Source: Raja brachyura (lineage: Eukaryota). From it: a stretch of 64,000 nt of DNA. This document shows, one piece after another, positions 40,300-53,377 of the stretch. The stretch is from assembly GCA_963514005.1 (NCBI GenBank), contig OY740782.1, forward strand, positions 67,828,001 to 67,892,000. The letters are read 5' to 3'. Positions within the stretch are counted from its first letter, which is position 1. Every line of letters starts with the position of its first letter. The notes below the pieces were generated by a model. The model was not told the origin of the DNA, searched no databases, and worked only from the letters and a program-made list of their open reading frames with translations. The translations under genes and the position numbers were made by a program.

Positions 40300-41349
40300 G
40301 TAGATAAAAGTTACTTAAAATTAGTCATTTTAATGTTCATACCACTGGGATGTAAGCTACCCAAGTGAAATACGAGGTAGAGCAGAGACAATAGTGGCAT
40401 TTAGGAGAATTCTGGATAGGCGTATGGAAATGCAGGAATAGAAGGGATACGCGTTATGTACAGGTAGATATGCGATGGTCTTGGCATCATGTACATTGTG
40501 GGCTGAAGAGCCTGTTCTCGTGGTGTACTGTTCTATCTGCCAACAATATAAGCAGCTCCTTAATTTCCACCTAATCTTCCGTTCTTCACCACTGGCTGCC
40601 GTGCGTGCCAATTACAAAATGCACTGCAGCACCTCGATTAGATTTCTTCAATGGCACTTTCTAAACTTACAGCATACTCAATCTGTATGCCCAATGGCAG
40701 CTTGATCATGGCACAGAATAAGCTGCAAGTTCTTGCCTCAAGTTGCAAACAGTGGTGAATTGGAAATTACTTGTTTTTCTTTGCTGGGTCTAAACCCTTG
40801 GACACCCAATCCCACAGCACTGGGGGGGGGGGGGGGGGGGGGGAGCTTTCATCCTTTCATCACACACATTAGTGTGATTCAAAATGGGAACAATTGACTT
40901 TTAGATAGGCATATGGATATACAGACAACGGAGGGTTATGGACCATGTACAGGCAGGCAAGATTAGATCATCTTGGCATCATGTTCAGTACAGACACACT
41001 TTGATAAAGAGCTTGTTCTAGTGCTGTATTTTTCCATGTTTGATGTGCTATGACTACCAGTATGCTTCACCCAAATTGGCATGAACCAACTACATAGTGC
41101 TGCTTTAATGTTACATATGAGTTTCCACACCAATACAAACATTCCATTTCAACTGTTTTGGGGGATCTTCCTTAGTCCAGTAACGTTACTGCTTTTTCAT
41201 TTCTTAGTGCCCCTTTTACTTTAAACTGAGAAGCTTAACTACAAAATCATCAGTGATGATTTTTGATTCTTGTCAAATTAATTGGGCTGAGGAGGTTTAA
41301 AACAAGAAAAGTGTGGGGAAAGGTAGGCTGCAGCAAGAAACAAGATTAC

Positions 41350-41429
41350 CTGCAAGCTGGCATTCATCATGCAGCCTTTGGGATTTGTCTTTCTCTATTT
41401 CATCTTCATCGCGGTAAAGGTCTTCCTCT
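41350..41429 (-). CDS. OTULIN: OTULIN PIM exon (HOIP PUB-interacting motif)
   Basis: tttgtag|A...GCAG|gtaatc, 80 nt, phase 2 to 1. Reads EEDLYRDEDEIEKDK (human EEDMYRAADEIEKEK, Tyr56). Confidence 0.92.
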
Positions 41430-42300
41430 CTACAAAAGAAGAATACATTATTTGTTCCACATTTAGGGGAAATTTAATTACAAAGCATGAAAAGGTATAT
41501 TAATCAACTATAAAATGATTTTCTTCAACCTCTGCCACACCTCATTTCCAATGTAGTTTGGGACCTTAATGTAAAAACAAGGTATTTATTCATTGATGTC
41601 CTCAAAGGTTGGTATTCGGACTCTTATTTTGCTTGGAATATAATAATACCTTGAACATGGGAGCAATTTTCTAGTTTTGGTCAAACAATTGTTTTAAAAA
41701 GGTATGGATGTAAGGGACAACATTTCAAGATTTAGAGACAAAACTTTGTGTGGGAGACAGTGAGGAGGATAGTGACCAATATCAAGGTGACAGACAGTGG
41801 AATAGAAAGAAATTAGACAAAGGTTAATGCAGAGATGTCCCATATGATTCATTAGGAAGGAGGAAGACGAGCACAAATATAAAAAGTGCCAAAAATAGCT
41901 TCAGGAAAACAGATCCAGGGTCAGAACAGAAATCTTTCAAGATATCAACACAGGAGGAGAGAAATGATTTGGAGATCATACTGGTCTTTTATAAAGAAAA
42001 AGTATGCAGCACAAAAGCCAGAAGGTTACGTTGAACAAGTATAAGACAACGGTTTGGTAAACAATTGGAGTATCATGCCCATTCACTTCATGTTTAAAAG
42101 GATTGAAGACTTTCTTTTATAAAGTTTAGAAACAAAATATTTGAAGGTGAGAGTGGAAAGATTTAATAGAAACATGAGGGACAACTTTTTTTTACATAAA
42201 GACAGGTGGGTACATGGGACGAGTTGCCAGAGAAGGCAGTTGAGAGGTACTATCATAACATTGAAAAGACATTTGGACAGGTACATGCATAGGAAAGGTT

Positions 42301-43232
42301 TAGACAATAGACAATAGGTGCAGGAGTAGGCCATTCGGCACTTCCAGCCAGCCAGCCATTCGAGCCAGCACCGCCATTCAATGTGATCATGGCTGATCAT
42401 CCCCAATCAGTACCCCGTTCCTGCCTTCTCTCCATATCCCCTGACTCCGCTATTTTTAAGAGCCCTATCTAGCCCTCTCTAAAATTAACATCCAGAGATC
42501 TTGCCTCCACTGCCCTCTGAGGCAGAGAATTCCACAGACTCACCACTCAAAAAGTGTTTACTCGTCTCCGTTCTAAATGGCTTACTTCTTATTCTTAAAC
42601 TGTGGCCCCTGGTTCTGGACTCCCCCAACATCGGGAACATGTTTCCTGCCTCTAGCGTGTCCAAACCTTTAACAATCTTATATGTTTCAATGAAATACCC
42701 TCTCATCCTTCTAAACTCCAGAGTGTACAAGCCCAGCTGCCCCATTGTCTCAGCAATAGTCCCGCCATCCCGGGAATTAACCTTGTAAACCTACGCTGCA
42801 CTCCCTCAATAGCAAGAATGTCCTTCCTCAAATTAGGGGACCAAAACTGAACACAATACTCCAGGTGTGGTCTCACTAGGGCTCTGTACAACTGCAGAAG
42901 GACCTCTTTGCTCATATATTCGATTCCTCTTGTTATAAAGGCCAACATGCCATTCACTTTCTTCACTGCCTGCTGTACCTGCATGCTTACTTTCATAGAC
43001 TGATGTACAAGGACCCCCAGATCCCGTTGTACTTCCCCTTTTCCCAACTTGACACCATTTAGATAGTAATCTGCCATACTGTTTTTGTTACCAAAATTAA
43101 ACTTCATCTGCCATGCATCTGCCCACTCCCCCAACCTGTCCAAGTCACCCTGCATTCTCATAGCATCCTCCTCACAGTTCACACTGCCACCTAGCTTGGT
43201 GTCATCTGCAAATTTGCTAATGTTACTTTGAA
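42301..43232 (-). mobile_element. CR1 fragment nested inside an older + strand CR1 3' end
   Basis: ISKFADDTKLGG...RPHLEYCVQFWSP. The host CR1 3' UTR is split across 42140-42300 and 43233-43290. Confidence 0.9.
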
Positions 43233-44160
43233 GGATATTGGCCAAAAGCAGGCAGGTGGGACTAGTGTAGATGGGGCATCTTAGTCAGCAAAACTTCCTA
43301 ACCAAGTTAATAATTTTGTTTCAATTCCATGAGCTTTAACTTCAGCCAACTAACATTCACTAGCGAGCTTGTCAAATATTCTCAGATTACTTGCAAATCA
43401 TGAGTGGTCTTACTTTACTTTCTTCTCGAAGATGATCCAAATTCTTCAATCCACTGAATAAATTTGATTTCACTTGAATTCTGCTTGAGAGATTTCCAAT
43501 CTACTTCCATTCTAGACAGCCTTTCTATTGATATCCTAATTGTGGGATATGGTACCGGTAAGCAAATGAATGATTGTCGTGGAGTCGGATAGATCTCAAC
43601 CAGATAGGTAGGGTTCAGGGAGGGTAAGGAAGCAAGGATGAGGATCAAAAGAGCCTTTTCTGAGACTTTTGTGCATGGTTGCAAAATGTAGTTTGTATCT
43701 ATGATCAATGTAGATTATTTGGGATAGCCAGCAGTATGGGGTAGTCACGTACAATACCGTCAGTTTTCACCTATCCTCCCTACCACCCCATCGGTATGAG
43801 GAAGAGGCTCAACTCAAAACATCATCTCTCCATTTCCATCCATAGATGCTACTAGACCTGCTAAGTTACTCCAGAACCTTGTTCTTTGCTCAAGATTCCA
43901 GGACCGTAAATCCTCATTAAATCAGACCTTGGGGTGGGGGAAAAAGGTGCTTGTTATTGCCAATTGTCTGCTATAACCAAGTAAGGGATTACTGAGTAAT
44001 ATAGTATCATTGTAAAAGTAGTAGAAACAAAGAACTGCAGATCCTGGTTAATACACAAAAGGACAAAATGATAGGGTAAATCAGTAGGTCAGGCAGCAAA
44101 GATTGACACAAAATGCTGGTGTAATTCAGCGGGACAGAGCCTCTCTGGATAGAAGGAATG

Positions 44161-44191
44161 GGTGACGTTTCGGGTCAAGACCCTTCTTCAG
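44161..44191 (-). ncRNA. Minimal hammerhead ribozyme motif in a Penelope pLTR
   Basis: CTGAAGA-A-GGGTC-TT-GACCC-GAAA-CGTC-ACC, with a GUC cleavage triplet. Confidence 0.65.
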
Positions 44192-44439
44192 GGAAGCATA
44201 TTGAGAGAACATGGAAAGGTGACATTTTGGGTTGAGACTCTTCTTTCGACTCTTGATCTGGAACTGTGCCTGGAATCCAGGCGAGTTGACAGCTCAAGCG
44301 TGATGGCGGCTTGGGAGGGGTGAGAATCGGCAGTCATTTGCTGCGGCCTAAGTTTGGCCAAAGTGCAGGCAAGGGCCGGTGGTGGTAACAGGTGCGACCT
44401 GGAAAAGGTCCGGGATGGCGGTGAAGATCAGAAGGTCGC

Positions 44440-47400
44440 TGTAATGTATTCATATAGATGTATATGTTAATGAGTTGGTGTTCAATATAAGCAGGGAATG
44501 TTGAGTAGTAAATCTCTCTCTTGTGATCCACATAACCCGCGTGTAAGTTGTTATTCATTCTGCCGTCCGGAATATAACGAAATTGGCAACGAGGATGGGA
44601 TATACTTTGTGAAATCATCCTTTAAATACAATGCAGGACTATTTTGCAACATGCAGTATTGTTTAACATTTTAAACAGAAAATACGGAATTGTGTCGCAG
44701 TTGTTTGCAAATTGGACACGATAGGCTGTAGATCCTTTTATGCAGGGGACTGTAGTTTAAAACAGCAGCTGGATAAATCGTCGAGAGTTTGTCAGGCTGT
44801 CTCTATGTTGTGTCTACTTGGCAAGATGCCGTCCTTGGGATTGTATAAGATTTTTGTTTGTCGAGTTGTTCAAGCTGAATAGCCTTTGTTTTAGGTGAAT
44901 TGTTACGCCAGAACAGACAGGAAATCGGGGTTTTTTTTAAATGGACTTTAAAAAAAATAGAACGACACAATGGCAGTGTCCACGGGCTATCGGAAACCTT
45001 GGCACTTTTTACAAGAGTAGAGCGCCGTTTAGCTCCTACATGGAGAGAGCGAACATGTTTTTCAGGGCAAACAACATAATGGTGCTTAGAGGTGAAGGAG
45101 AGATAGTGACTGAAATAAATAAGGCCATTTGTGAATGCATGAAAGCGATTCTGCTCACGGAGATCGGTCCTGAAGTGTACGCACACTCATGAATCTTCTT
45201 GCGCCCATAAAGGCAAAGGACGTTCCATTCAATGACATTATGAAGAAGTTTTTCATAATGAAGGAGGAGCATTTCAACCCAAAGCCTCTGGAAATTGCAG
45301 CAAGCTATAAATTCGGCATTAGAAACCAGAAGCAGAATGAGACAATCAATGAGTACATTGTTGGCTTGAAAAACATAAGTTTACAATGTAACTTTGGAAC
45401 CTTTCTCAGACGCGCACTATGCGACAGATTTGTTTATGGTCTAATGGATGAACGAATTCGGTCCAAACTCATGAACACTCCAGATCTTACATTCGAGAAA
45501 GCATGCAAGATTGCTACCACAATAGAAGTGGCATCAAAGAATGCTCGTGAGATTCGTCCACCACGGACTGCAGTGGCCGTTTACAGTAACAAGGCAGTGC
45601 CTATGGCCAAATCAAGAGGCGCCAAAGCATCTTGCAAACCAAAGCATGACGGGGAGCCGAGTTCAGCCAGTTGTTATTGTTGCAACGGTAATCACTCATC
45701 CCAATTTTGTCAGTTCAAAATGGCCAAGTGCTATAACTGCCAGAAGAAAGGCCATATCGCCTCAGCATGTCGGGCCAAGTTTAAAACAGGAAACCAACAA
45801 TCTGCGAGAATCAAGCGACAACACCAGAGAGGAGTTCACAACTTGGAGGTGAACCCAGATGGAAATGAAATTGGGTTGTACACCATTTATGCAACCAAAA
45901 TCAATAAGCCTACAACCAGCCAAGGCAAGGACTTTCAAACTAAACTATTGATTAATGAATAGTTATTCGATACGTGTATTGACACAGCAGCAGATATTCG
46001 GTCATGAGCAAAGACCTGTACGAAACAAAGTTCCCACAGAAACCATTGTTTGAGAGTAAGGTCAAGCTGAGAACTTACTCAGGCGAAATTTTGGAGACAT
46101 GTAGCCAAGTGAACTGTAAAGTTCAGCATAATGGTCAGTCAGTAACACTGCCCATCATAGTCGCCAGCTACAGAAATAAACCAACCCTCCTTGGAAAGGA
46201 TTGGCTGAGAGTTAAACTGGAAGAACATTTTCAGCGTCGATTTGTCCAAATCACGTCTTGAAAACGTCATAAGGAAACATGCAAACATTTCTGCTGACAG
46301 TTACACAGGAATAACAGGGAACTCTGCACACATTCGACTTAAACAAGATGTGAGACCTGTGTATTGTTGAACAAGACCTGTACCATATGCACTAAAGCAA
46401 CAAGCAGAGGAAGAACTTGACAGGTTAGAGCGGAATGGAGTACTCGTGAAGACAGACCAGAGTAACTGGGCAACGCCAATTGTGGCCGTACCCAAGGCCG
46501 ACAAAACTGTTCGACTATGTGGTGACTACAAAGTCATAATCAACCAAGCCGTTGATGACGAACAATATCCGTTACCAACCTCGCATGATCTGTATGCAGA
46601 ACTTAATGGAGCAAGAGTCTTCACTAAACTGGATTTGCCTCACGCTTATGCCCAACTCAATGTCAACAAGGAAAGTCAACACACATAAGGGCTTGTATTC
46701 ATATACAAAGCTGCCCTATGGTGTGAAATCCTCCCCTAAAATTTTCCAGTCTGTCATGGACTAAATGTGACAAGGCATTCCAGCACTGTGTGTGCAACCA
46801 GGATGACCTACTGATATTCACAGAGGGCATGGTAGAACATCTGGAATCCTCGAGCAGTTCAATCCACTAAACTGCCACAATGTCAAATTATGACAAAGTA
46901 AATATGCATTTGCGCAGTCAGAATTGGGCTACCTTGGACTCAAAGTGGACACCAACAGACTTCGCCCTGTGAAGGCGAAAGTGGAAGCAATAGCGAATGC
47001 TCCAAAACACAACAATGTGTCAGAGCTACGATCATTCCTTGGGATGGTGCAGTTCTATGCACAATTCCTTCAAGATTTAGCAACTGTGCTAAAGCCACTA
47101 CCTCATCTGCTACAAAAATATGTGAAATGGCTGTGGGGAATGGAACAGCAACGTGCATATGTCATCTGCACGGAAAACTTGACAAATGACAAACTCCTTG
47201 TTCACTACGATACGACACACAAGATGAAACTTGCTTGTGATGCTTCAAGTTATGGTGTAGGTGCAGTGATCTCCCACGTAATGAATGACGGACAGGAAAA
47301 GCCTATTGCTTTTGCATCCCGCACCCTATCACCGAGTGAGCGTAATTATGCACAGATAGAAAAGGAAGCACTCAGCATCGTGTTCGGAATCAAGAAATGC

Positions 47401-49223
47401 CATCAGTTTCTTCTCGGCAGATCATTCACCCTAGTGCCTGATCACAAGCCACTACTAGTGATACTTGGTCCCAAGTCAGCTATACCTTCCATGGCGGCAT
47501 CAAGAATGCAGCGCTGGGCAATTTTGCTGTCCCAGTAAAGGCTACAAGTACAGAAGCTTCAAGTGCAATGCAGTTGCAGATGCGTTGTCACGGTTGCCCC
47601 ATGAGAACTTTGACGTGGGAAGTGAGAACTCAATCTACACACTGCAAGTTGTAGATGAAGACTTTTCAGTGACTGCAACAGAAATTGCACCAGAAACAGA
47701 GAAAGACACTGTGCTGAAGAGAGTCTATGAACAGACATTGAATGGTTGGACTGAAATCGATAGTGGATTTAACTCAGTTCTGGACTCAGAGCTGAAGCCT
47801 TTCCATAATCAACGCCATGAATTATCATGTGAGGAGGGATGCATTAAGTGGGGTTACAGAGTGGTTGTACCAGAGTCTTTGAGAAACAAAATTATGAATG
47901 AACTTCATGCCAACATCCTGGCATAGTAAACATGGTCAATTGCCAGACGTTTTGTGTATTGGCCCAGTATTGACAGTGACATCGAGTCACTGGTGAGCAA
48001 ATGTAGTGTCTGCCAAAATTGCTGGAGTAAACCACCAAAAACACCACTGCAACCCTAGTCATGGCCAAGTAGACCTTTTCAGAGAGTTCATGTAGATTTT
48101 TGTGAAAAAGGTAATGATCATTTTCTGGTACTAGTAGATAATCATTCCAAATGGATTGAGGTTAAGCACATGGGGTCAAGCACTACTACTGAGTGTACCA
48201 TAGATGAGTTGAGATCAATTTTTGCATGCCATAGTTTACCGGAAGAACTTGACAAGTTTCTGATAACGGGCCTCAGTTTCGTTCAGAACGGTTCAAAGAG
48301 TTCATGCAGCGGAATGGTGTAAAACACACACTTGTTCCCCCCATACCATCCAGAGTCCAATGGGGTGGCGGAAAAGTCTGTTAGAGTTGTCAAAGATACT
48401 CTCAAGAAACAGGTTTTGCAGGGTAGTTCAAAGCTCAGCATGAAACATCGTTTGGCTAGTTTCATGCTGAAGTACAGAACCACACAACACACAACGGGTT
48501 ACTCACCTGCAGAACAGTTGAGGAAGAGAAGGCTAAGAATACGCCTGTCTAGTTCAACCCAATTTGGCCTTGAGAGTTGAACGAAAACAGTTACATCAAA
48601 AACGACATTTTCACTCCCACAAAAAGGAGAGGTACTTCAAGCCAGTTGAGCAGGTTTGTGTTCTCAGTCCTCCCAACAAGTCCAGTCGAGACAAATGTGA
48701 TGTTGGGAAAATAGTGGAAGTGTGTGGAACAAAAAGATACTTAGTTGGAGATAGGATCAAAAGTGTTCATGTTGATTCCAGCCAAAGATGAACCAAAAAC
48801 TGAATATGAAGCCCTAATCCCTGAGTTTGTATCTGAAAGTGAGTTGGAAGAGACCACTGTGATTGAAACACAAAGTTCAGGTAGTCAGAACCTGTAAACC
48901 AGTAGTCAGATTAGGTTTGTAAGTTAAGTAACTCACTGTATAAGTAAAACTAAAATATGTAGATAGGTAAAATAAATATGTTTATCATTTAAGATTTCAT
49001 AAATACTAGTTTAAATCAAGTATCACAACAATAAAATTGTAACTGAGTACTTAGATTTAATACTTTAAAAAAGGAGAGCAGTAATGTATTCATGCATATT
49101 CATGTATATGTTAATGAGTTGGTGTTTAATATAAGCAGGGAATGTTGGGTAATAAATCTCTCTCTCGTGATCCAGGCAACCTGCCGGTAAGCTGTTATTC
49201 ATTCTGCCCTCCGGAATATAACA
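44440..49223 (+). mobile_element. Ty3/Gypsy LTR retrotransposon (Mag-like), full span but degenerate
   Basis: LTRs 44440-44579 and 49080-49223; TSD GTCGC; PBS TGGCAACGAGGATGGGAT (44584-44601, one mismatch to the tRNA-Ser(GCT) 3' end); PPT about 49067-49078. Gag with two CCHC fingers, protease IDTAA, RT, RNase H (CDAS, NYAQIEKE) and integrase (YHPESNGVAE). Confidence 0.95.
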
Positions 49224-49681
49224 GTCGCTATAACCAAAATCCATTATAAAAGGATGTTTATAATGAACGTTTACTATATCAACAGTCACGTCTTCAGTTT
49301 ATAGCCATGACAGTACATTAACATTTCAAAGTGGAAGGCAAATAAATGTCAGGCACCATTCCAAGGCACATCAGATGAAAAAAATGCCACAGGTTTAAGA
49401 TTAACAATGAACATGAAAAATGAATACAATGACAATTGCCTTTTCCTCCGCTAAGTGCAGAAATAGTCTCATTGCAGACCTACTTTCATAAGGCCAAGAA
49501 ATGATCAAAGGATACCATCAAGATGAACCAAAACTATATTTCTCTGTTCGACTGCAAATCAGAATTATGTTGCATTCCATGCCGCATTATTTAGAAAAAA
49601 TGCCTAGCTTTGAAGTCAATTCAGGAAATGTTCATATTTGTACCCAGTAAATAGCGAAGTAAAATCCAAGTTGCAACATAC

Positions 49682-49951
49682 CCATCATTTCCTTCCTGAT
49701 TGCAGACCATATGAACATTAGTATCCGCAGCAACGGAAACATCATTTTTAAAGAGGTTATCTTTTGTTTCCAATAATTCTGTTTCTTTAAAAACCTGTTC
49801 AGTTGCTTTCACACTGGTATGGATATGTTCACTTTGCTGGTGGTTCCTCATCCCTATTCCAAAATCCAACTGTTCACTTTCTAGATGTTTTGCTCTGGTT
49901 TCATCCTCATGAATCGTCACTTGCGTCTGACCAAACTTTTTTTCATGGTCT
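49682..49951 (-). CDS. OTULIN: Inferred OTULIN N-terminal extension exon (270 nt)
   Basis: T-rich tract, ttagtag| acceptor and GG|gtatgt donor. Open frame DHEKKFGQ...QEGNDG, phase 2/2, joining the PIM exon in frame. Non-repetitive sequence. Confidence 0.7.
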
Positions 49952-50141
49952 CTACTAACACAAAAAACAAACAAGCATTACAAAGATATTTCAAAAACAA
50001 GGCAACAACAGCACTAGGTTTACTGCTGTCTGGCTTGCAATTGTGACTCAGGCATGCCTCTATTATCTATTAAATTAATTATGGTCAAAACAGCACTGAT
50101 CAATAAACTATTTATCAAAGAAACACAGTGTGAAAGATTCA

Positions 50142-52176
50142 TTTTATAGATGCGCTGGGACACATCCTGAGTGATGTGACCTGGGATCATCGGGTGTTTC
50201 GTGTCTCACAACATCAGACACCCTTGCCCAGGCGACCCAGCCGGGGTTGATCAAGCCCCGACTTGCGTCCCAGCAGCAACCGCCCACGGATCAGCCCTCT
50301 TAATCCAAAGCCACCTAGTAGCTTCCTCTGCGGCTTCACTTGCGGATTGAATGGCCCTCTTCTTTGCCAGCCCTGTAATGCCCAACTGGTTGAGGACTTT
50401 GCAGAGTGAGCGTCCTGCAAAGCCTCTACAGCCCACCTCTATCGGCTCATAGTATGTCTTCCAGCCTCTGTCCTGGCACATCTCCACCAGTTCCTGGTAC
50501 TTTGCGTGCTTCCTCTCATTAGCCTCTTCAATACGCTCTTCCCAGGGCACTGTCAGTTCCAGAATGATCAGCTGTTTTGTCACTTCGGAGGTGATGATCA
50601 TATCTGGCCGGAGTGATGTTGCTGTGATGTGCTGTGGAAATTTCAGCTGTTTGCCCAGATCGACATGCAGCTGCCAGTCAGTGGCTGTGTAGAGGAGGCC
50701 CGTCCTTGATTTTGTTGTGGTTGGGGTTTCTCTCCAGCATTGACAAAAATGATTGATTTCTTTGGTGCATGGTGGTGTTTGCTGTTACTGATGGCAATGG
50801 CTATGCTCTCAGCAACCACCTTGAGCACCTGGTCATGCCACCACCGATAGCGACCTTCCCCAAGAGACTTTGGGCAGCTGCTGAGGAGATGTTCTAATGA
50901 TCCTCTTCCAGAGCAAAGTGGGCAGGAAGGTGTCTCGCTCTTGCCCCAGACGTGGAGGTTTGCTGGACTTGGTAGGGCATCGTAGACAGCTTGGACAAGG
51001 AACCAGACGCGCTGGAAGTCTGCCTGCATGATGTTTGACCAGGTAATCCTGCGCTGTGGTATGCTCTCCCACCTTGTCCACGCTCCCTGCTGCCTGAGCC
51101 CCACCGTCCTGTTGACACGCTCTTCCTCCACACCTGCTCGGACCTCTTTCTGCATTAGATGGCATCTCTCCTTGCCCTGGGCCTTGCCAACCGGTGTCTT
51201 AGGGAAGTATCCCAAACCCGCTCTGCCAGTTGCCATGACTCCCACCAATGCCTTTTGCCTTAGGCGTGACTCTGCCACCTCCACTGCTTTCGCCGCCCTC
51301 CATTTCCTCCTTGTTCTCACCTCAATGACAGCCGTGACGCCTTCTGGTCCCTGGAGTCCCTGTACTGCAGTGCTTCTCTTGTTCGCGCCACCATAAACTC
51401 TTCCGTGAGGCCACTGAACGGGAGCTGCAAGATGTTACTGGTCCCATACAATGCACCACTGTTGAGGCTGCGGGGAAAGCCAAGCCACCTGCGGAGAAAG
51501 CCGCTGACCTTCCTTTCGGGGGACTCAACTGTGGTCAATGGAACAGCGTAAACCAGCAGAGGCCACAGGACTCAGGGCAGGATGGAATGCTGATAGATCC
51601 AGGCCTTGAATCTGCCTGGCAGACCCGACTTGCCGACTTTGGTGAGCCAGGCTTCAAGGTCTTTGGTGGACTTTTGACTGGCGACAGAGTCTTTCAGAGT
51701 TGCATCAAAAACCGTCCCCAAACTCTTGACAGGTTGCTCAGTGATGGAGGAAATGGCAGTTCCGGATAGTAAGATGTGGAATCTGTCAGTCACCTTCCCC
51801 TTCTTCAGCACCATGGACCTTGACTTCATTGGCTTGAAACTCATCATTGCCCAGGTGATAAGTTTCTCAAGACCTTGTAAAATCCTGGGACCGATGTTGT
51901 GGTGATGGTAAGGTCGTCCATAAAAGCTCTAATTGGGGGCTGTCACACACCAGACTTGGTTAGGGGGCATCTGCATTCCACCTCGGCTGACTTGGCCACC
52001 ATATTCATGGCAAGAACAAAAATAACAGAAATGGTGCATCCCGTAATTATTCCTTATCCAAGCTGATGCCAGTCTGATGTTTCGGACCCAGAAGTCACCC
52101 TCAGCCTGCAACTATGGTAATAATCCAGGATCAGGTCCTTGATCTTGCTGGGAACATGGTGTCGCCAGCTCAACCA
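50142..52176 (-). mobile_element. Hero-clade (RLE-type) non-LTR retrotransposon, 5'-truncated
   Basis: RT remnant (FMDD), CPLC..EHLLSSC knuckle, WHDQVL, RPDM...LELTVPWEE and K..KY restriction-like endonuclease motifs, ending in WLWIKR. Confidence 0.85.
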
Positions 52177-53377
52177 GAAATGTTAACTCTTGCTATAAAA
52201 TTAAAACACATTTTTTTTTTTCCACTCAAGTACAACCACATCCTATTGTAATTATACTTCTCAAATCAACAGATCCAATGTAAAGGAAAACAGCACTAGC
52301 AGTTATATCTTAACTAAGAATGAGTGACTAATGGTTACACATGTTAATCAATGGTTAATAATAACATGGTTAACTAATAATTAAGGTGGCCAAGCAGAAA
52401 GAGATACAAGGGGAGCAGGAATTTTCTGGGTGGCAAAGGAATAAAAAACAAGGTACCCAATTCAGCAGATTAAATATCAGGGGAAGAGATTAGATTCAGT
52501 AACTGTAAGATTTTCAATGCCACGAGATATCCCAAGATTCCAAAATAATGCCTGCAATGTATGTGTACTCTCTGGGCACAGAATGTGAAGGACACTCACT
52601 GGTGAAGGAGGTAGCATGAGAACACCCAGCTTGTGCCACAAGGGTGGAGTGTGAGCAGATTCAATCAGAATGAATTGCTGACTTGATCTCATGCTGGCAT
52701 CTTGACGCTCCACATTCCTATCTTCTCTGAACCGGTCAAGCAGATCCCATGTTATATGGAATGTAGCATCTTGAGGTAGCACAGCTCCCTTTTTATTCCT
52801 TTATTTCTGGCAAGTCAAAACTAAGCCTTAAGTCACTTCAAAGGGTTTATACCGGGTGGCAGCCTTGCCACTAGTCTGTCTCGTCCCTTTCTTCTCTTGT
52901 TGCTTTTAGTCTAGTGTTAAATGTATATTTTAGAGTGTTTTTAATTTTGCATTATGTGGAGGAAACTTTTTTTATCTTTCCTCAACGGAGATGCAACTTT
53001 TCATGTGTCATATCTCCGTTTGCAATGCGGCCTAACATCGTGGAGCTGGCGGCCTCTTGCTGGCGATTGACTTTGGGAGCTCCAACCACGGGAGCCTGCG
53101 GATTTAACATCGTGGAGCGGGCGATCCCTTTGTCAGGGATCGGCTTCGGGAGCATCAATCACAGAAGCCTCGACCACCCTGACATGGGAGCATCGATTGC
53201 CAGCTGCGGAAGGTTCGATCGCCCCAACTAAGGATGGTTCAATTGCCCCGACCGTGGGAGAAAAGGAGGGGGGGAAGATAAAACTTTATTGCCTTCCATC
53301 ACAGTGCACTGTGGTGGATGTTTATGTTAACTTTTATGAAGTTGTGTGTCTTGTTGCTTTTTCTTGGTATGACTGAA

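Noticed and set aside
40267-40843. Poly-G runs as G-quadruplex elements
   Set aside because: Simple homopolymers (the first lies in a Penelope remnant) whose lengths are unreliable in assemblies.
20258-41429. Calling the - strand gene OTULINL (FAM105A)
   Set aside because: Catalytic Cys, His and Asn and the PIM are present and the gene abuts ANKH, all of which fit OTULIN.
52477-52782. 101-aa - strand ORF as an extra OTULIN exon
   Set aside because: The best acceptor leads to stops in all frames, and the gtgagt donor is phase 0, incompatible with the phase-2 neighbours.
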